Of a DNA stretch of 64,000 bases, positions 11,601 through 24,781 are shown in pieces. The notes under the pieces are model-generated. The model saw only the letters and a list, made by a program, of their open reading frames with translations, did no database searches and was not told where the DNA came from. Within the stretch, counting starts at the first letter, position 1. Every line of letters begins with the position of its first letter. Both the position numbers and the translations under genes were made by a program. This DNA is from Eutreptiella sp. 'Long Island Sound 2002' (lineage: Eukaryota > Protista > Euglenida), in assembly GCA_964036045.1 (NCBI GenBank), contig OZ038378.1:16306001-16370000 (forward strand). The letters run 5' to 3'.

Positions 11601-14600
11601 CGCCCTTGCCGGTGCCTTAACCTACAATGCATGTTTCACTCACCCTTTTATCCACACTTTGCTCTTTGTGTCCCGTGCTTGTTCTAGTGGTGTTCCAGTA
11701 ACTTATTCTGGTGGTGTTCCAGTGGTGTTCCAGCAAAAACTGTTTTTGAAACCAACTTTTTTGCGCCACACAATGTGGAAAATGACAAACATGAAAGTAC
11801 CAGTGGGCCGCCCCGAGGCAAGCAAACAACATATTTTCCTGTCATGTTTGGGCTTGGTTGGGGGGTAAACAGACTTTGAAAATTTTTGGTTCCGGCCATT
11901 TTCATTTGAACACTGGAACAATTTGGCCAAAACAACCTTTGTGTTCAGGTGCTGCCAAGGGCTGAAGCAACCCATATGTACCCCGGATGCCCAGATGCCC
12001 TGACGAGCATGCCTGAATAGCACTTGGGAGACACGCAGGCAGACGTAACACAACAGCCAAGAAGATGTGACATGCGCCATGTCAAGGCCGGACTGTCACA
12101 TAGAGGGACCAGAGAGACCAGTAACCCTCTGAACATGCACATACAATACTTGCTCACGCCTGCTCCAACTACTCAGAGAGAGTGGTTTCAGGGTTTCAGG
12201 GTTTCTTTTTCCACGTTGTGTGGATGGACACTGATGCAGCAGGCGCCATGGCCCCCGGTACCACGCAACCTTGATGCAGTGCAGCCTAGACCAGTGTTGA
12301 TGCAGCCACAGCCTGGGCAGCAAAGCACACATAGCAACAGAAAGTGCTCTACGGTGGGCTTTGCACCATGGATGAGCTTCGAGGCACAGGAACGCATCAC
12401 TTGGACCTAGTGTTATCATTTAGACCTAGTGTTAGATAACAGAGCAGCCATCCCACACCTCCTGTGGGGGATGGCTCGGGGGGATGGATCGCGGAGCTTA
12501 CTCCCAGGTTAGAACCGCAGTCTGAGGAGGGTGGCCCCAGGACCCACAGGCTATGCAGGGCCCCTAAGCCGTGGCAGTACATCGGATGCTTGACTTGGAG
12601 GGGCGAGCTGGCGTACCATGGGATATTGCCCATGCCACCTCCACCACCACACAGGTCAGTACTGGTCTGGCTCATACAATCACTGGGTCAGATGCCTGCG
12701 GTATGGAATGGTGCTGATTAATACTGTACAGTTGCACAGGTTGGTACTGCTTTGGCCTGCGTAGTCACTGGGTGCGTGAATGGTGCAGTGATAATTTTTC
12801 TCATCATTTGTCTGTGATAGTAGTAAACGCCGTCGCCGGCATGGAGATCTATAGAGCAAACTGTGGCAATGCATTGTATTGTATTGTATTCACGGAGGCG
12901 GCGGCAGGCCGCTTTCGAGAGGAAGTCGCCCAACGAAACATGCGGCATAATCTTCTTGTTGCAATACAAGGTCCGGAGGTCAGGAATGTGATGTATCTCA
13001 CATATGAAAGGCGGGGCAGACCAGGGTCGGCCACACGTTGTCACTAGATGCACACATGACAGAGAGGGCACAGCAAATGTAAAAATAGAAGCGGAGCTTT
13101 GGTGAAATACCAGGGGAATCGCTGCTAGTGTCACTGCTTCCCAAGGCACCACTGCTGCTGCTGCCTCTACTGATGGAACAAACCCCCTCACCCAGGGCCT
13201 ACATCGGTATATACCGGAGGGGGGCAGGTACTGTGCAATACTGCTGATGTACGCAACCTTCTGCCCCCACGTCCCCCCTGGCAGCGCTGACAGGCTGAAG
13301 GGTTGCAGGGTGCTCTCCAACGCCGATGCAGGAAATGCAACACGGGGCCAGGGGCTGCAGATCACTGGGTGCTACCGGTCCGTGGCAGTGGTTGGCAGTC
13401 ACAGTCAAGAAGAGCAGTGACTGGTGGCGTAAATCCCCACCTTTAAAGGGGGGGGGGGGGTTTACCAAGCTCAGAATCTTGGGTAAAATAGTCGTTTCCT
13501 GCGCATGCTGCAAGCAGCCCTCAGGCAACCAGCAAAAAGTTAGGGCAGAGGTTATTGGGTTCGTTGGATGGTATCAAACTGGGACTCCTGGGCTCGTTTT
13601 CAAAGGTCAACCCCGCACATCACTTCTGGGGTAACGGGTGTCAGTCAAACAACAGCAAGCGGTTCGCGTTGAGACTTGGGCCGACAGCAACGCAGGTGGT
13701 ATTGCTGTGACTGGCCGGTGTTGGTGGGCTGCGGGGAACCTTGTGGAGAGGAACATACAAAGTGAAAGCCCCAGCAGAAGGTCCCGAACGCCCCACTGAA
13801 GGGATGGGGTTTGGCCCGGAAAATAGTGAGCAGGGCAATGGACATCATGGCTATCGATAGAGTATCTCTGTTGCGTTGCGAGTGAGCTGGCAACGGAGGG
13901 TGTTGGTGGCGTATGCTTGGGCTCTGCAGGTCTGGGTCTTGACTCAGTCACACATGACGTGGGCTGTTGGTTCAACAGCACCGCATGACACTAGCGAGAA
14001 TCACATGAGACAGGGCCCTGTCATCCTGGGTGCTCATACCGAATACCACAAGGCACGGCATTTGAAGGCAGCCTGACAAAACAGTGCCTCTCAACTCTAG
14101 CGACGGGAGGTAACTGTGCCTAGCGAACTCTGTGGACGAGTTCGGTGTTGCGCCGGCGGATTAATATTCAGCACACAGTGTACGGGTGTCATCCGAGCAC
14201 GTAAGACATGGCCTCAGGATGTCGTGGCAGATGCCAGTGCGGCAGTCAAGACCAATCCCTGAGATACTTTTCAGACTTTCAGCAGCTGCGAAATTGGGAC
14301 TGAGACGTGCGGAGAGGCTGAGCGGTCACTGGAGGTTAATTGATGGCGGTTGGGTGGGAGGTTAAATATATGGGCACAGACAAAATCCCAACAATAATAC
14401 GATGCCAGCGCCGACAGCAGCAAAAGCAAAATACCAACGTCAGCAACAACAACGACAACCACCACGACAACCACGATGCCACAGCAAACAGCAACAATTG
14501 GAACAGGCGACGACGACACCGACGACAACTGCAACGCAGCCCAGAAAACCACGGCGCCGGAGCGACGACGGAAACCACACCACATTATCAATTGCTGCTC

Positions 14601-14833
14601 TCCGGTACGCCTGGGCGTCAACACACAGAGTCGTCAGAAACCGGGGAACCAGCGTCATTGACCGCCAGTCTCATGGCCAACCGCCATCAGTCGATCGCCA
14701 TCACTCAAACTCTCAGGCTGTCCTTCGTGCAAAAACAACACAAAACAAACACGAAAGACAATGGCAACCATACTACTGCTGTCCCTGAATGCAGGCAAAA
14801 GGCCCCTGATTTCTGCAGCGTTGATTGTCTGCC

Positions 14834-15070
14834 TCAGATGATTCGGGGGCTGAGGCAGGGATCCCGAGGCGATGAAGACCTCTCCTTACCTTCAGAACGG
14901 CTCCACACGTACCCCCGAGCGTCATCAATCAGGAGCTTGAATTGACCATTAGGGAAAGGGAGGGTCGAGGGCTTGCTGCAGTACTCCACATCACTGCTGA
15001 GCTGCGCAATTCCCCGGGGTCCTGGGGTAGCAGGCACACCGTGGGCCCAGAGCACCAAGTCTAGCGACTC
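14834..15070 (-). CDS. TTLL10: TTLL10-like glycylase, C-terminal exon
   Basis: The acceptor ctcag is followed by ESLDLVLWAHG..., which joins the previous exon as VIPQVVQ|ESLDLVL. The frame reads to a stop at 14834, but a GTAAGG donor after 14890 could instead lead to one more exon. Confidence 0.7.
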   Translation of the reverse strand, partial: ESLDLVLWAHGVPATPGPRGIAQLSSDVEYCSKPSTLPFPNGQFKLLIDDARGYVWSRSEGKERSSSPRDPCLSPRII

Positions 15071-15639
15071 CTGAGCAAAGCGAGGCGGGGACCAATGATG
15101 GAGAGCTGGTTGACTCAGGCAGGGAACACGCAACGCATTCAAAAGGCAAGACCACAGGCACCAGACTCCAATGCGATGACAATTGAAGGATTGAAGGGTT
15201 GAAATTGGAGGTGGGATCGGAGGTGGGATCGGATGCAGGGTCCGAAGTGGGAGGACCACAAATAAAAGTCCATCCCAGACTTGCATTTCATTTCTAATTT
15301 CTAATTCACATTGAGCTGGTTCTAAGAACAGCGAGCACACAGCAGTTGTCCGCCTTGCCAGCAACCCCGGTGTGAACGCAACTCCTTCGGTTACAGCAAA
15401 TAGCATGCAACAACACATCATGTCCAGAGAACGTGTCAGAGCAAATCCATGAGAATCAGAGCAGAGAAACAAGCAGTCAGTCATATCAGATCAAGACAAA
15501 TTCGCATGCACATTCAATGCACATCCACACTTGGGACGAAAAAAACCTCAAGAGATCTCTGGTAAATAATGGTTTTGAAGGCTGCTCCTGGAAAATGTGT
15601 GTGTGTGTGTGCGTGTGTGTGTGTGTGGCTTCACCATTG

Positions 15640-16500
15640 TTACCACGTCTCCCGGTTAAGCCTGTATGAGAACGATGTGAATTCGGGTGGCAGCCAAATA
15701 GGATATGTTCAAGTTTTTCACTGTACACGGAACCCTTGGGAGCAGTGTGGCTCCACCATCGCTAGCGGGACAGTGGGTGCACTTTTTGGATCCAGTGTGG
15801 CCCTTAGCTCGGACGGAAACACCGTGGCGCTCACTGCCCCATGGCATGATGGGACAGGGACCAGCCACCAGGTAGGGCTTGGTCAGGTGTATTGGTGGGA
15901 TCAGGGCGAGTGGAGGCAGCTTGGGGCTGACATTTATGGGACGACAGATAATGATCGGCTTGAAGCTAAGTGCCTGAGTGCCGATGGCATGGTCCTTGTC
16001 GTTGGAGCACGCCAACAACTTGGCACCGCAAGGGGATATGTTCGAGTCTACCAGTATATTGACGGGGAATGGGTGCCGCATGAAGACGATATCATAGGTG
16101 AGCAAAATGGTGATCAGTTGGGCTTCTCTGTGTGTCGCTTCGTGGCGATGGCCAAAAGGTAGCTATTGGATCACTCTATCATGATGGCGCTGGCACCAAC
16201 AAGGGTTATGTTAAGATTTATCGGAAGGACCCTAATACCTGTGATTGTAGGGCAGCAATGTGGGTAGACCCGGATTTCAAAAATGTTTTCACTGGGCAGC
16301 ATTATGCACCCTTCAAACATACTCTTTGTGCTGCAACCAAGAACAATCTTGAAAGTTTGAAGGTTATTGGGGATCATTCATGTTTGGTGGAAATTTTTGA
16401 TGATGATACGGGTTCAAGTAGACTCTTCAGAGCAGGTGAGTATTCTAATTTGGCTTCGGCCACACTGGCGTTCTCGGGTCAGCTAGCTCTCCATTGGTGA
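15640..16500 (+). pseudogene. FG-GAP / integrin-beta-propeller-like repeat protein fragment, antisense inside a TTLL intron
   Basis: Repeats include LFGSSVALSSDGNTVALTAP, WRQLGADIYG, LSADGMVLVVGA, GDQLGFSV-SLRGDGQKVAIGS and GYVRVY/GYVKIY. A 2-nt TG slippage frameshift lies near 16135. There are no introns and no clear start. Confidence 0.8.
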
Positions 16501-16821
16501 GGCCCACGGTGCAGGCCAGGGGTGCTTCCCTGTGTTGCCCTTCAACGAGTGCGATATGCCCTTTAGGCCAGAATCTGGCTCGCTGCCCCGGGACCACCCT
16601 GGAAGTGGGGTGGTGGCTCTGTGGCTTCCGCCAGCCAGCTCCACGGTATTAGTTCAACGAGCCCGTCATTGCCATGTTGCCCCGTGTGTTGTGTATGTAT
16701 TGGGGGTTTCACGGCGGGTGGTGCTCACGGCAGCGAGGCGGCCTCCACGGCCTACTCAATTTAGCAATTTCCCCAGAAAGGATGCTCTTGACGCACGGCT
16801 GCCACCGCCCGCCTCCAGGCA

Positions 16822-16894
16822 TGCCCAATCCGGGAATCAATCCCACGACCTTTCAGTTGCAAGACCTACACTTCGCCCGGTCGAGTTAACCGGC
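16822..16894 (-). other. Degenerate tRNA-like sequence (tRNA pseudogene or SINE head)
   Basis: 73 nt, GCCGGTTAACTCGACCGG...CTTGCAA...GGTCGTGGGATTGATTCCCGGATTGGGCA. It has A-box-like and B-box-like motifs and a TGC/GCA anticodon-like loop, but mismatched stems. Confidence 0.55.
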
Positions 16895-18413
16895 GATGTG
16901 TGTGTGTGCCTGTGTTTGTGTGGGTGGGTGTGCGTGTGGGTGTGGGTGTGGGGATGGATGTGGATATGGGTGTGAGTGTGAGTGGGGGTGTGGGGGTGGG
17001 GGTGGGGGTGGGTGTTGTTCACCAGTACCAAATTGGAAAGGAGGTGGGGATGAGGAGTAGGGGAAGACGAGGACGAGGAGGTGGATCAAAAAAGATGAAG
17101 AAGGGGCATTGCAGCAACGGACAGTCGTGGAGGGAGTGGGGAGGGGAGTGAGGTGGGTTCCCTCATCAGCAGTGGTAGAGGGCGCCCTCCAAACTTGAAA
17201 GGGTCTGGAGATGGCTACCAGTGGAGCCTCTGCCAGCGCTGGCACGACAGTGGATGCCTTGGGGGCAGAAAGCGTGGGACAGACATTCTGCTCTCACCCA
17301 CAAAACTGACCCCCCCCCCTCCCGAGTACCAAGTCAGATGGGCCTGAACAGGGGGCCTCCTGGAGAAAGTGCCATCTGGATGGGGCAGCCCCACCACTGC
17401 CAGACCAAGTGGAAGAAGAGGGGTTGCCAGTCACAGTCTCCAGGAGAGCCTGACTTCCACACAGCAGGGTGGGGGTCTCATGCGAGCTCAGTTTGGTGTC
17501 CCCTGGGTACGAGTGGCCAGGAGCTCGGTGTCCCAGCTCACTAAACTGTGGCGGTGTACAAGTGGGACAGCCCAACGGGACCATCCATAGCCTTCACTGT
17601 CACAAGAGGTCTTGTGGACCAGCAGGGGTTAACCCTCGGAGTGTCCTAAGTGGCATGGAGGCCGTGGATGCTCAAGAGGAGTGTGTGGCATGTGGCTTGC
17701 CCTGACAGGTCAGCCCTCCAAGAGGGTAGCACGGGACCCTTACCAGAGGGGGCTTGTGACTCTCAGCCATTGAGGCATGGACCAGGCAGTGTCCATGCCT
17801 CACCATGTGAGGATCTACAGTGTGACCAGCCTAATACACGGGCCGCCCTGTCAGCACCCTCGGTGCAAGGCATCCACCCCGGCAGATACCAGTGGAGCCC
17901 TCCCCCCAGTAACATCGTACACAGCACACTGCACCACACAACTGTTTCACCCGTGCTTCAGCTACAGCAGTGTCGGTTCCCGGATGCCTCACGAGTCCAA
18001 AGAGGCAACCACAATACAGTGAGACATGTGGTGGTGCTCGCCGGGTACTCAGTACAACGACTCCATCCATAACCATACCAATAGCCCCCCCCCCCCCCCC
18101 CCCCGATGGTATTGACCTCGATCAACAAGCCGTCTCATGGCACAGACAACCGGTTGTAGTAAACCATACCGACCCAGCCTGTGTGGAATACCCGCCTTCT
18201 TTTCAGGGGTTTGCAATGCGGCGTGGCCTGCAATGCACGGCAATGGTTTCGGAAAATGGCCCACTACTGCCACACCAGGAATCGCGACCACATTGTCAGC
18301 GAGCGTCAAGTGTAGACAAACCACTACCAACTGTTGCTGCATGCCATGGACAGCAACGGTCAGCAATGCAGCCGACTGCGGGGGAACAACACCCAGACAC
18401 CCCCAGGGAAGAC

Positions 18414-18505
18414 CTGCACAACTTGAGGAATGACGGCCTTTAACACACTTGTGGACGTGGCGAGGGCGGGATTCATGTTGAACTCAATCAAATAAGGATT
18501 CAGCT
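18414..18505 (-). CDS. TTLL10: TTLL10-like glycylase, exon
   Basis: AG/GT-bounded 92 nt encoding (E)LNPYLIEFNMNPALATSTSVLKAVIPQVVQ, the TTL ExNxxP motif. Phases match both neighbours. Confidence 0.9.
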
Positions 18506-21404
18506 CTAAAGAAAACAAGGGATAGAGAACACAGACACAGGCCCCTTCCTGAAATTGGGGGAAGTCTTCGGAGAATGCGCAGGCTGACTGTTAATGAAGA
18601 CACAGCGAACAGAACGAATTGTGCGTCTGTCGGCAACTCAGGACAGTGCTCTGCACCTAATACGCTTCGACACCAAGTGCGTGACTGCCTGCAGGTGACA
18701 CCCATTGTAACCACAAGCACGAAACGCATCCAAAGAGCAACAAAGAGCCTGTTCACACAAGGACAAACACTCGTTGACACCGTAAACACTGCTTTATGGC
18801 CTGGGTCCGGAAAATCCAACAAATCGGGGCGAATTAGGGGCAGTGGCCCCGATTTTGTGTGTTGGGGGGGGGTGCGGTTTGGGCTCAAGGAGTCCTGTGA
18901 TGGACAGGGGCCTGGAGGAGAAAACACGGGAAAAAGCAATGGAATGTGGGAAAAGGGGAGGAGGGGGATTTTCCTGTCCCTGCGGACTGGGTACTGGGCC
19001 CTTGATGGGTTTCTGGGTTCCGACGGTTTTGGCTCCATCCAAGGGACCAGGCAGCTTTGCCCACAGACCACAGTGCCAACCCACCGTTGCTTTTTCTCAA
19101 AAGGCAAATTCCTGGAACTGCTGTCCAGCAGTGATATGTAACATTTGGTGGTCTGGAACCTCTTGGCCGGGTATTAAATGCTCAACATTGGTGGTGGAGA
19201 GCACCCTCCAAACTTCATGGGAAAGACTTCGTTTGAAGCATGCCAGTGCCCGCATGGGACGGACGCCAAGGGGCTAAAACAACCATGAGCAGAGGGACAC
19301 CTGTCCCATTCTCATCTGCCCAAAATACCTTTTCCCAACGTGTGCAGACAAATAATGTAGACAGCTTCGTCCTGAAAACCCAAATCAGTGCGCGCACCTG
19401 GAAGTATTAGCTGGCATGCTGACAGACCCTTTTTGGCAACCCCCGATGTTGCCTCCTTCTCCCGATCGGCCTCCCCCATCTTTTCTCCCCAACCCTAATT
19501 TTCCCTGACCCACGCCATTCTCCATCGTTTCTGGGTTTGCCCCCACCTCGTACTCAATGGTGCTCTGCATCTAGGTACTGTTCAAGTGATGGGGGGGCTT
19601 AAAGGGGGCTGGTTTTCATGGTTACCCATTTGTACCTCAACAACATCTACATGCACACTACGGCACCCTCAGAAATTTATGGTACTGGGTTGGACTGCAT
19701 GTGATGCTTATAGGCATGCTGTGACACGAAGAGGCGAGGTGCTAAAAACAACCAAAACGAATGAGACTGACCACAAGATGGACCCGATGCTGTAGGCCAG
19801 TGCATGGGGCAGGGCATGGGGCAGTGCATGGGACCATGGAAAAAGGTTGGGGGGTTCACGGGAGAGTGGGCACACGGTGGGGGGGGGGGGGGGGGGGGCT
19901 GAATCACAAGACCCACCCAGATTTTGGGGAAATCCAGGGACCCAGAATTGTCCCAACCTGGGGGGGGGGGGGCTGTTGGACAGCCAGCCAGAGCCAGCCA
20001 GCAAAACAGTACACAAGGCATGACTGTTGGACAAGTTTTCAGAAATTTTTGAAGCACATGAGCAGTCTATTCATTGTTGTCATTGCTGTCACCGTGTGAG
20101 TCACATGACAAGGAAGAGCTTGACCAATTTGAAGAACCAGCGTCCTCATTTGAGGAGTCTTCGGATCGCTTCCTTTCCTTGTGTCCTCCTCCTTATTATC
20201 CTTGGGCACCTGCTTGCCCTTCCCTTTAGAAGTCTGTGCACCACGATCGGGGGGCACGAGTCGTACAGTCAGTTGCAGCATTGGCACACTCAGCCGCAAA
20301 CTGCAGCAATTTGCTTGAGTGTTGGGAATGCTGGTCGCTTTTTTATGAAACTACTAAGCACCTAGCCTGTTTTGAAGCAGCAGCGCAAGATTTGTGCTTG
20401 GCGGACTTCAAATGCTCCCGTCGAGCTCTCTCAATGTTAGCTACATAGAGCCCATACTCACAAAGAATTTTCATATTGTGCCTTGAAATGGAAACTATAG
20501 CAAATTTACATCCCCCCCTTTTTTCGGCACCGAAATAATATGTTGGAGATGTAGGCCGGGCCGGTTGTTGGTTGTGGCCTGCTATTGAGGAACACCAGCG
20601 TTTTTCTTGAAAACCAGCCAACTTCCCTACTTCGCTCAGCCCGGCCATTGTCTCGTTTGGACATGGGACCTTGATTTTTGGATTCTCCGTGTCCAAAATA
20701 TGGGGGGTACCTTATCCCATATGACATATCCCCAATATCATGACAAAAATCCAAAAACGGCCGAAAAATTCTGACTTTGCGTCAAAATGGCCATTATCAT
20801 CCCCCCCCCCGGGTCAAACGCCCATATATGTTTGTCTTGTGGCATGGTGTAATCCCATGACCGCTTTAGGACCCACCCCCCTGCGGTTCCCAGTGTGGCC
20901 GGGAATACCCAAGCCAATGATACCCTACCCTCTATTGTGGGAAGGGGCGGTGCGAACTGTCGGATCACACGTAGGCCGCATACCCAACTGTTCGGAGGTG
21001 CCCGACCCCCCCCCCCCCGGCGCCCCTCCCAGAACCCCCCCTCCTAGCCTCCCCCCCCCCCCCCCAAGGGGCCTCCGGCCAACATTTAGTCGGGGGGGTA
21101 GTTGGCGTCCAGACTCAAGGGTCCCCCCCCCCCGTGGGGCAAATGGTCGCTGCAAGGGGCATTGCCTGAACCTAACCCTGTCTACAATTTGCCACCTGCG
21201 AAACGCCAAGCTTCCAATCCTGCATATTTCCGTAAGTAAAAAGACAATCCTAGCAGTTGCATTGTTCCCCAGATTTGGCCAAAATTGCTTGTGAGAGGCC
21301 AAGGTTCTTAACTTTGGCACGCACCGTAGAACTCCTAGGGGGTTCTTAAATTTGGGGCGGTTCTTAATTTGGGCCCGGTTCTTAAATTTGGGGCGGGGGT
21401 TTAT

Positions 21405-21755
21405 GCACTACAATGTGAACTACTGCACTAAGTTGTTCCCTCAAACTGTCCAGGCTTTGAGCGCTAGATGGTGCTAGACGAGGCGCTATGCAAATGTCGT
21501 TTGTTGCTCTTTGAAGATCCCGCGGCCCGGCACGAGGCAGTGGTTGGTGTGGGGCGAAGCTTGTCGGCGGGCTAGGATAATAACGGACCTAGTGCTCGTT
21601 TCACCGCAGATTTTCTTGGCCTGTAGTTGATGCTACTCACTGCAATGTGAACTATTGCACTAAGTTGTTCCATCAAACTGTCCATGCTTTGAGCGCCAGA
21701 TCGTGCAAAACGAGGCACTATATAAATGTCATTTGTTGCTCTTTAAAGATCCCGC
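21405..21755. repeat. Diverged direct repeat pair of about 115 bp
   Basis: caatgtgaacta(c/t)tgcactaagttgttcc...gttgctcttt(g/a)aagatcccgc occurs at about 21410-21523 and about 21643-21755. Confidence 0.85.
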
Positions 21756-22450
21756 CTTCCAAACTAAGGCACAAGATAGCAATTGATGTGGGGCGAGACT
21801 TGTCGCCGGGCCACGAAACTGTCGGACTCAGCGCTGGTTTCCAAAGAAAGTGTTCCAAGTAGCCACTCTCGGCCATCCGTGCCTCATGGGCAGCCCCCGG
21901 TGGGTGCTGTGAGTGTGTGAAAGCATTATTGACGGAGGTGTGCAGTGTGACGCTGATGACGTTCTCATTGCTCATCACACACACTCACCCACCCCCCCCC
22001 CCCCCACACACATACACACACCTCCCTTGGTGGTGGTGCCAACGAGGCACATATAACGACGCGGGGATTAGTGTGGGGTAATGTGGTGTGGTGTGGTGTG
22101 GTGTAGGGTAGGGTAGCCCAGTTCCCCAGGGAAAAGCCCACATACTGCCCATGATCATCCCTTGTACATGTGGGGCCACTCAGCGACCCACAAGAAAGCT
22201 GCTCCCGAAAAGAGGAGGGGGTCGGGGTGGGGATCTGGTACAACGTAGCCTTGGGTTTGATACACGGCCATTTACCAATCAGCAATGACTGATGCCCAGC
22301 GAATCATCTGGCACAGAGGGAACCAGCAGCAACAGAGCTGAGCTCTGTGTCTTGAACATCTTGTCATGCATTCTGTGTCCCAACTATTTGTGCTTTCCAA
22401 CGGTTCCCCGTTGTCATCAACGGGTGCCACTCAATCCCACGCAGACATAC

Positions 22451-22523
22451 CATCATCCAGCATTACATCAAAGCCAATGAGATTGAAGGACCCATAGAAC
22501 GGCTTGATCTCGTGCTTGCAGCC
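22451..22523 (-). CDS. TTLL10: TTLL10-like glycylase, exon
   Basis: tttacag|GCKHEIKPFYGSFNLIGFDVMLDD|gtatgt, the TTL FxLxGxD motif; 73 nt. Confidence 0.9.
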
Positions 22524-23913
22524 CTGTAAATCACGCACCGTGCTCGCAACAACCGATCCAATACCCTAAAACCTGCACGGTATATTCGTTGCTCACGCAA
22601 CGAATGCTGCTACGACCTGAGGGCATGTCACCAGAGACTTTTTTGAGCGTTCGGTGAAACAAATTTTTTTTGCGTGCGTAGATTCACACCGGAAGCTATG
22701 CGTCTGGTGTGGGTGTGTTCTTTGGGGCTGGGTTTTGAGCATGTACAAGAACCAGCACAACCACAGCGCTGGCGGACAAATGTCTGATAGCAGCGTGTGT
22801 ACGGCGAGCTGGGGGGCTTACACAGCAATGGTGCAGTGACCAAAAGCGTTCAGGCATCACAGTAATGCAACAGTGCTGGGGTAATGACAGACGACAGTTG
22901 GCCAGCTAGCAAAGGTGGCTGGAGGGGAACCTGCGAGGTCTGGCGAATCACCAGTGAGCGATGGCGGGCTTGCAGATGAGCAGGCACACAGCAAGGGGAT
23001 GCAGCGGGGGTAGTCCACGAAGGTATAAAGCCCTTAGAAAGCTACTACCCCACTCATAGATTCACGCAAAAAACTAGGCCTCTCTATGGTATCTTGTGAG
23101 GAGTTGTTCTCTGCAAAGTGGTCTTGCCAAAACCACGAAACATTGGCAAAAACTGAACAAAAAATGGCCCAGGGGGAGTGGGCATAACAAAACACCTACC
23201 GGGAATTTTCTGTAGCTGTAGGGAAAAAACTGTAGCACCCAAAGCAACATACAGGGGGGGGGGGGGGCGGGATTTCACACTGGGATTTGTTCGCACGAGA
23301 AATTTTCGCAACGGGTTTATTTCGCCCATTCCTCTTCTTCTTCTTCCTTTTCTCCTTTCACTAAGGGCTGCTCAACCTAGCTTCCACTAACTCTGTGGCC
23401 AAAGACGTGGCTGCACCGGACACAACTAAAGGCACTTGCAGCCCAGAATCGAGAGATTGGGGGGCTGATGAGGAGGCGCCTGAAGAATGCCGATTGAAGA
23501 ACGAACTGGGGTGTGCAGCGCGAACACATATGTCGCAAGCGGCACCGTGACCAGCATCAGGGTACTTGTCCTGTAGAAAAGGTCAATGGGGGGTAACAAA
23601 TCCTAGGGACCAGAGGCACGTCTTTTTGAGGGGAGTAAAAACACTTCATGGTATCAATCTGGACAACGGACATAAAGAACGTAAAGGGGGGGGGGGGGGG
23701 GGCAACTCATGATGCACTCACATGTCATGCACTGCCAAGGAACCCCACTAGTACCACACTGCAACCCCAAAGTACTGAAACCCAACAAATCGGTAGAACA
23801 ATTCGGCAGAATCCAGAAACCCAACAAGTCGGCAGAAGATTTCGACAAATTCGACCGAATTTGGCCGCCGAAATGGGGGGGGTAGACCCTAGCCGGACGA
23901 CTGGGGGATAACC

Positions 23914-24330
23914 GTGTCCCTGCACGTCTCCAAGCTAGAGCCTGTGGGATTCTATGCCAAGGCCTTCCAGGTGAATGAGTGCACCCTTGGAGGGCCTTAC
24001 CTCGTCGGGGGGATGAAGGGCATATCCCTTCACAGGGTAGTACGTACGGTCCACAGGATGTTGGACTTGGCGAGTCTCTGCGGGGAGGTGGTGGACGTGC
24101 TCATCACTGACCTCGCAAAATACTTCGACGTGCCCACTGCCCGATGAAGTGTGGCAGTGTACGGAAGAAATTCAGCTGCCCAAATGCCGGCCTCATCAAT
24201 GCCCAACCGGGAGAGGCACAAAGGCCTGGGCCTAGCGAGACTTGCGGCACCACCATCAGGCAGAGCAGCAGGGCGTCCCCAGGGCAGTTCTGGACGGCAG
24301 CCACTCAGCATCAGAGAGGGGGACGGTCCT
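23914..24330 (+). pseudogene. Non-LTR (LINE) RT fragment
   Basis: VLITDLAKYFDV (LINE motif A-like) and a frameshifted G-x-PQGS (motif B) about 150 nt downstream. Confidence 0.6.
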
Positions 24331-24451
24331 CTACCACAGGTGCACAGCACACTACGCACAGCGCACACTTAGACACACAGCCCTCCCGGCTTGAATTTTC
24401 CCGTGCGCAAGACCATCCCGGCCATTACCTTTTGGTAACAGCGCCTTCGGC

Positions 24452-24535
24452 ACACCACCACACCACACCACACCACACCACACCATACCATACCACACCA
24501 CACCACGCCACGCCACGTCCTGCCACGCCACACCA
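24452..24535. repeat. (CACCA)n-type microsatellite
   Basis: Directly visible pentanucleotide run. Confidence 0.9.
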
Positions 24536-24561
24536 TGCGACACTTGGTCCAATTCGCAAAC

Positions 24562-24781
24562 CTGCAGCACTTCGGTCACCATCGACATGATGTCTGGGAC
24601 CAGCTTGCTGTCGACCCACCCGTGAGCCACATGACCCTGCTCCACCAGGCACTCCTCCATCTGCTGCAACCTCCAAATGGAATTCTCCATCTCTTCAGCG
24701 TATCGTGGAGCCTTTTTCTGCATCGCCGCATTCGTGAGGTGCACGTACAGATTACTGTCCTGTGCATCGTAGCTGTATACA
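24562..24781 (-). CDS. TTLL10: TTLL10-like glycylase, exon
   Basis: Encodes VYSYDAQDSNLYVHLTNAAMQKKAPRY...VTEVLQ, with the HLTN motif. AG/GT-bounded, 220 nt. Confidence 0.92.

Noticed and set aside
12718-13900. Minus-strand segments resembling TTL motifs (FICEIHHIPDL; GAFGTFCWGFHF)
   Set aside because: Better-matching, phase-compatible exons were found at 22451-22523 and 18414-18505, so these are probably coincidental.
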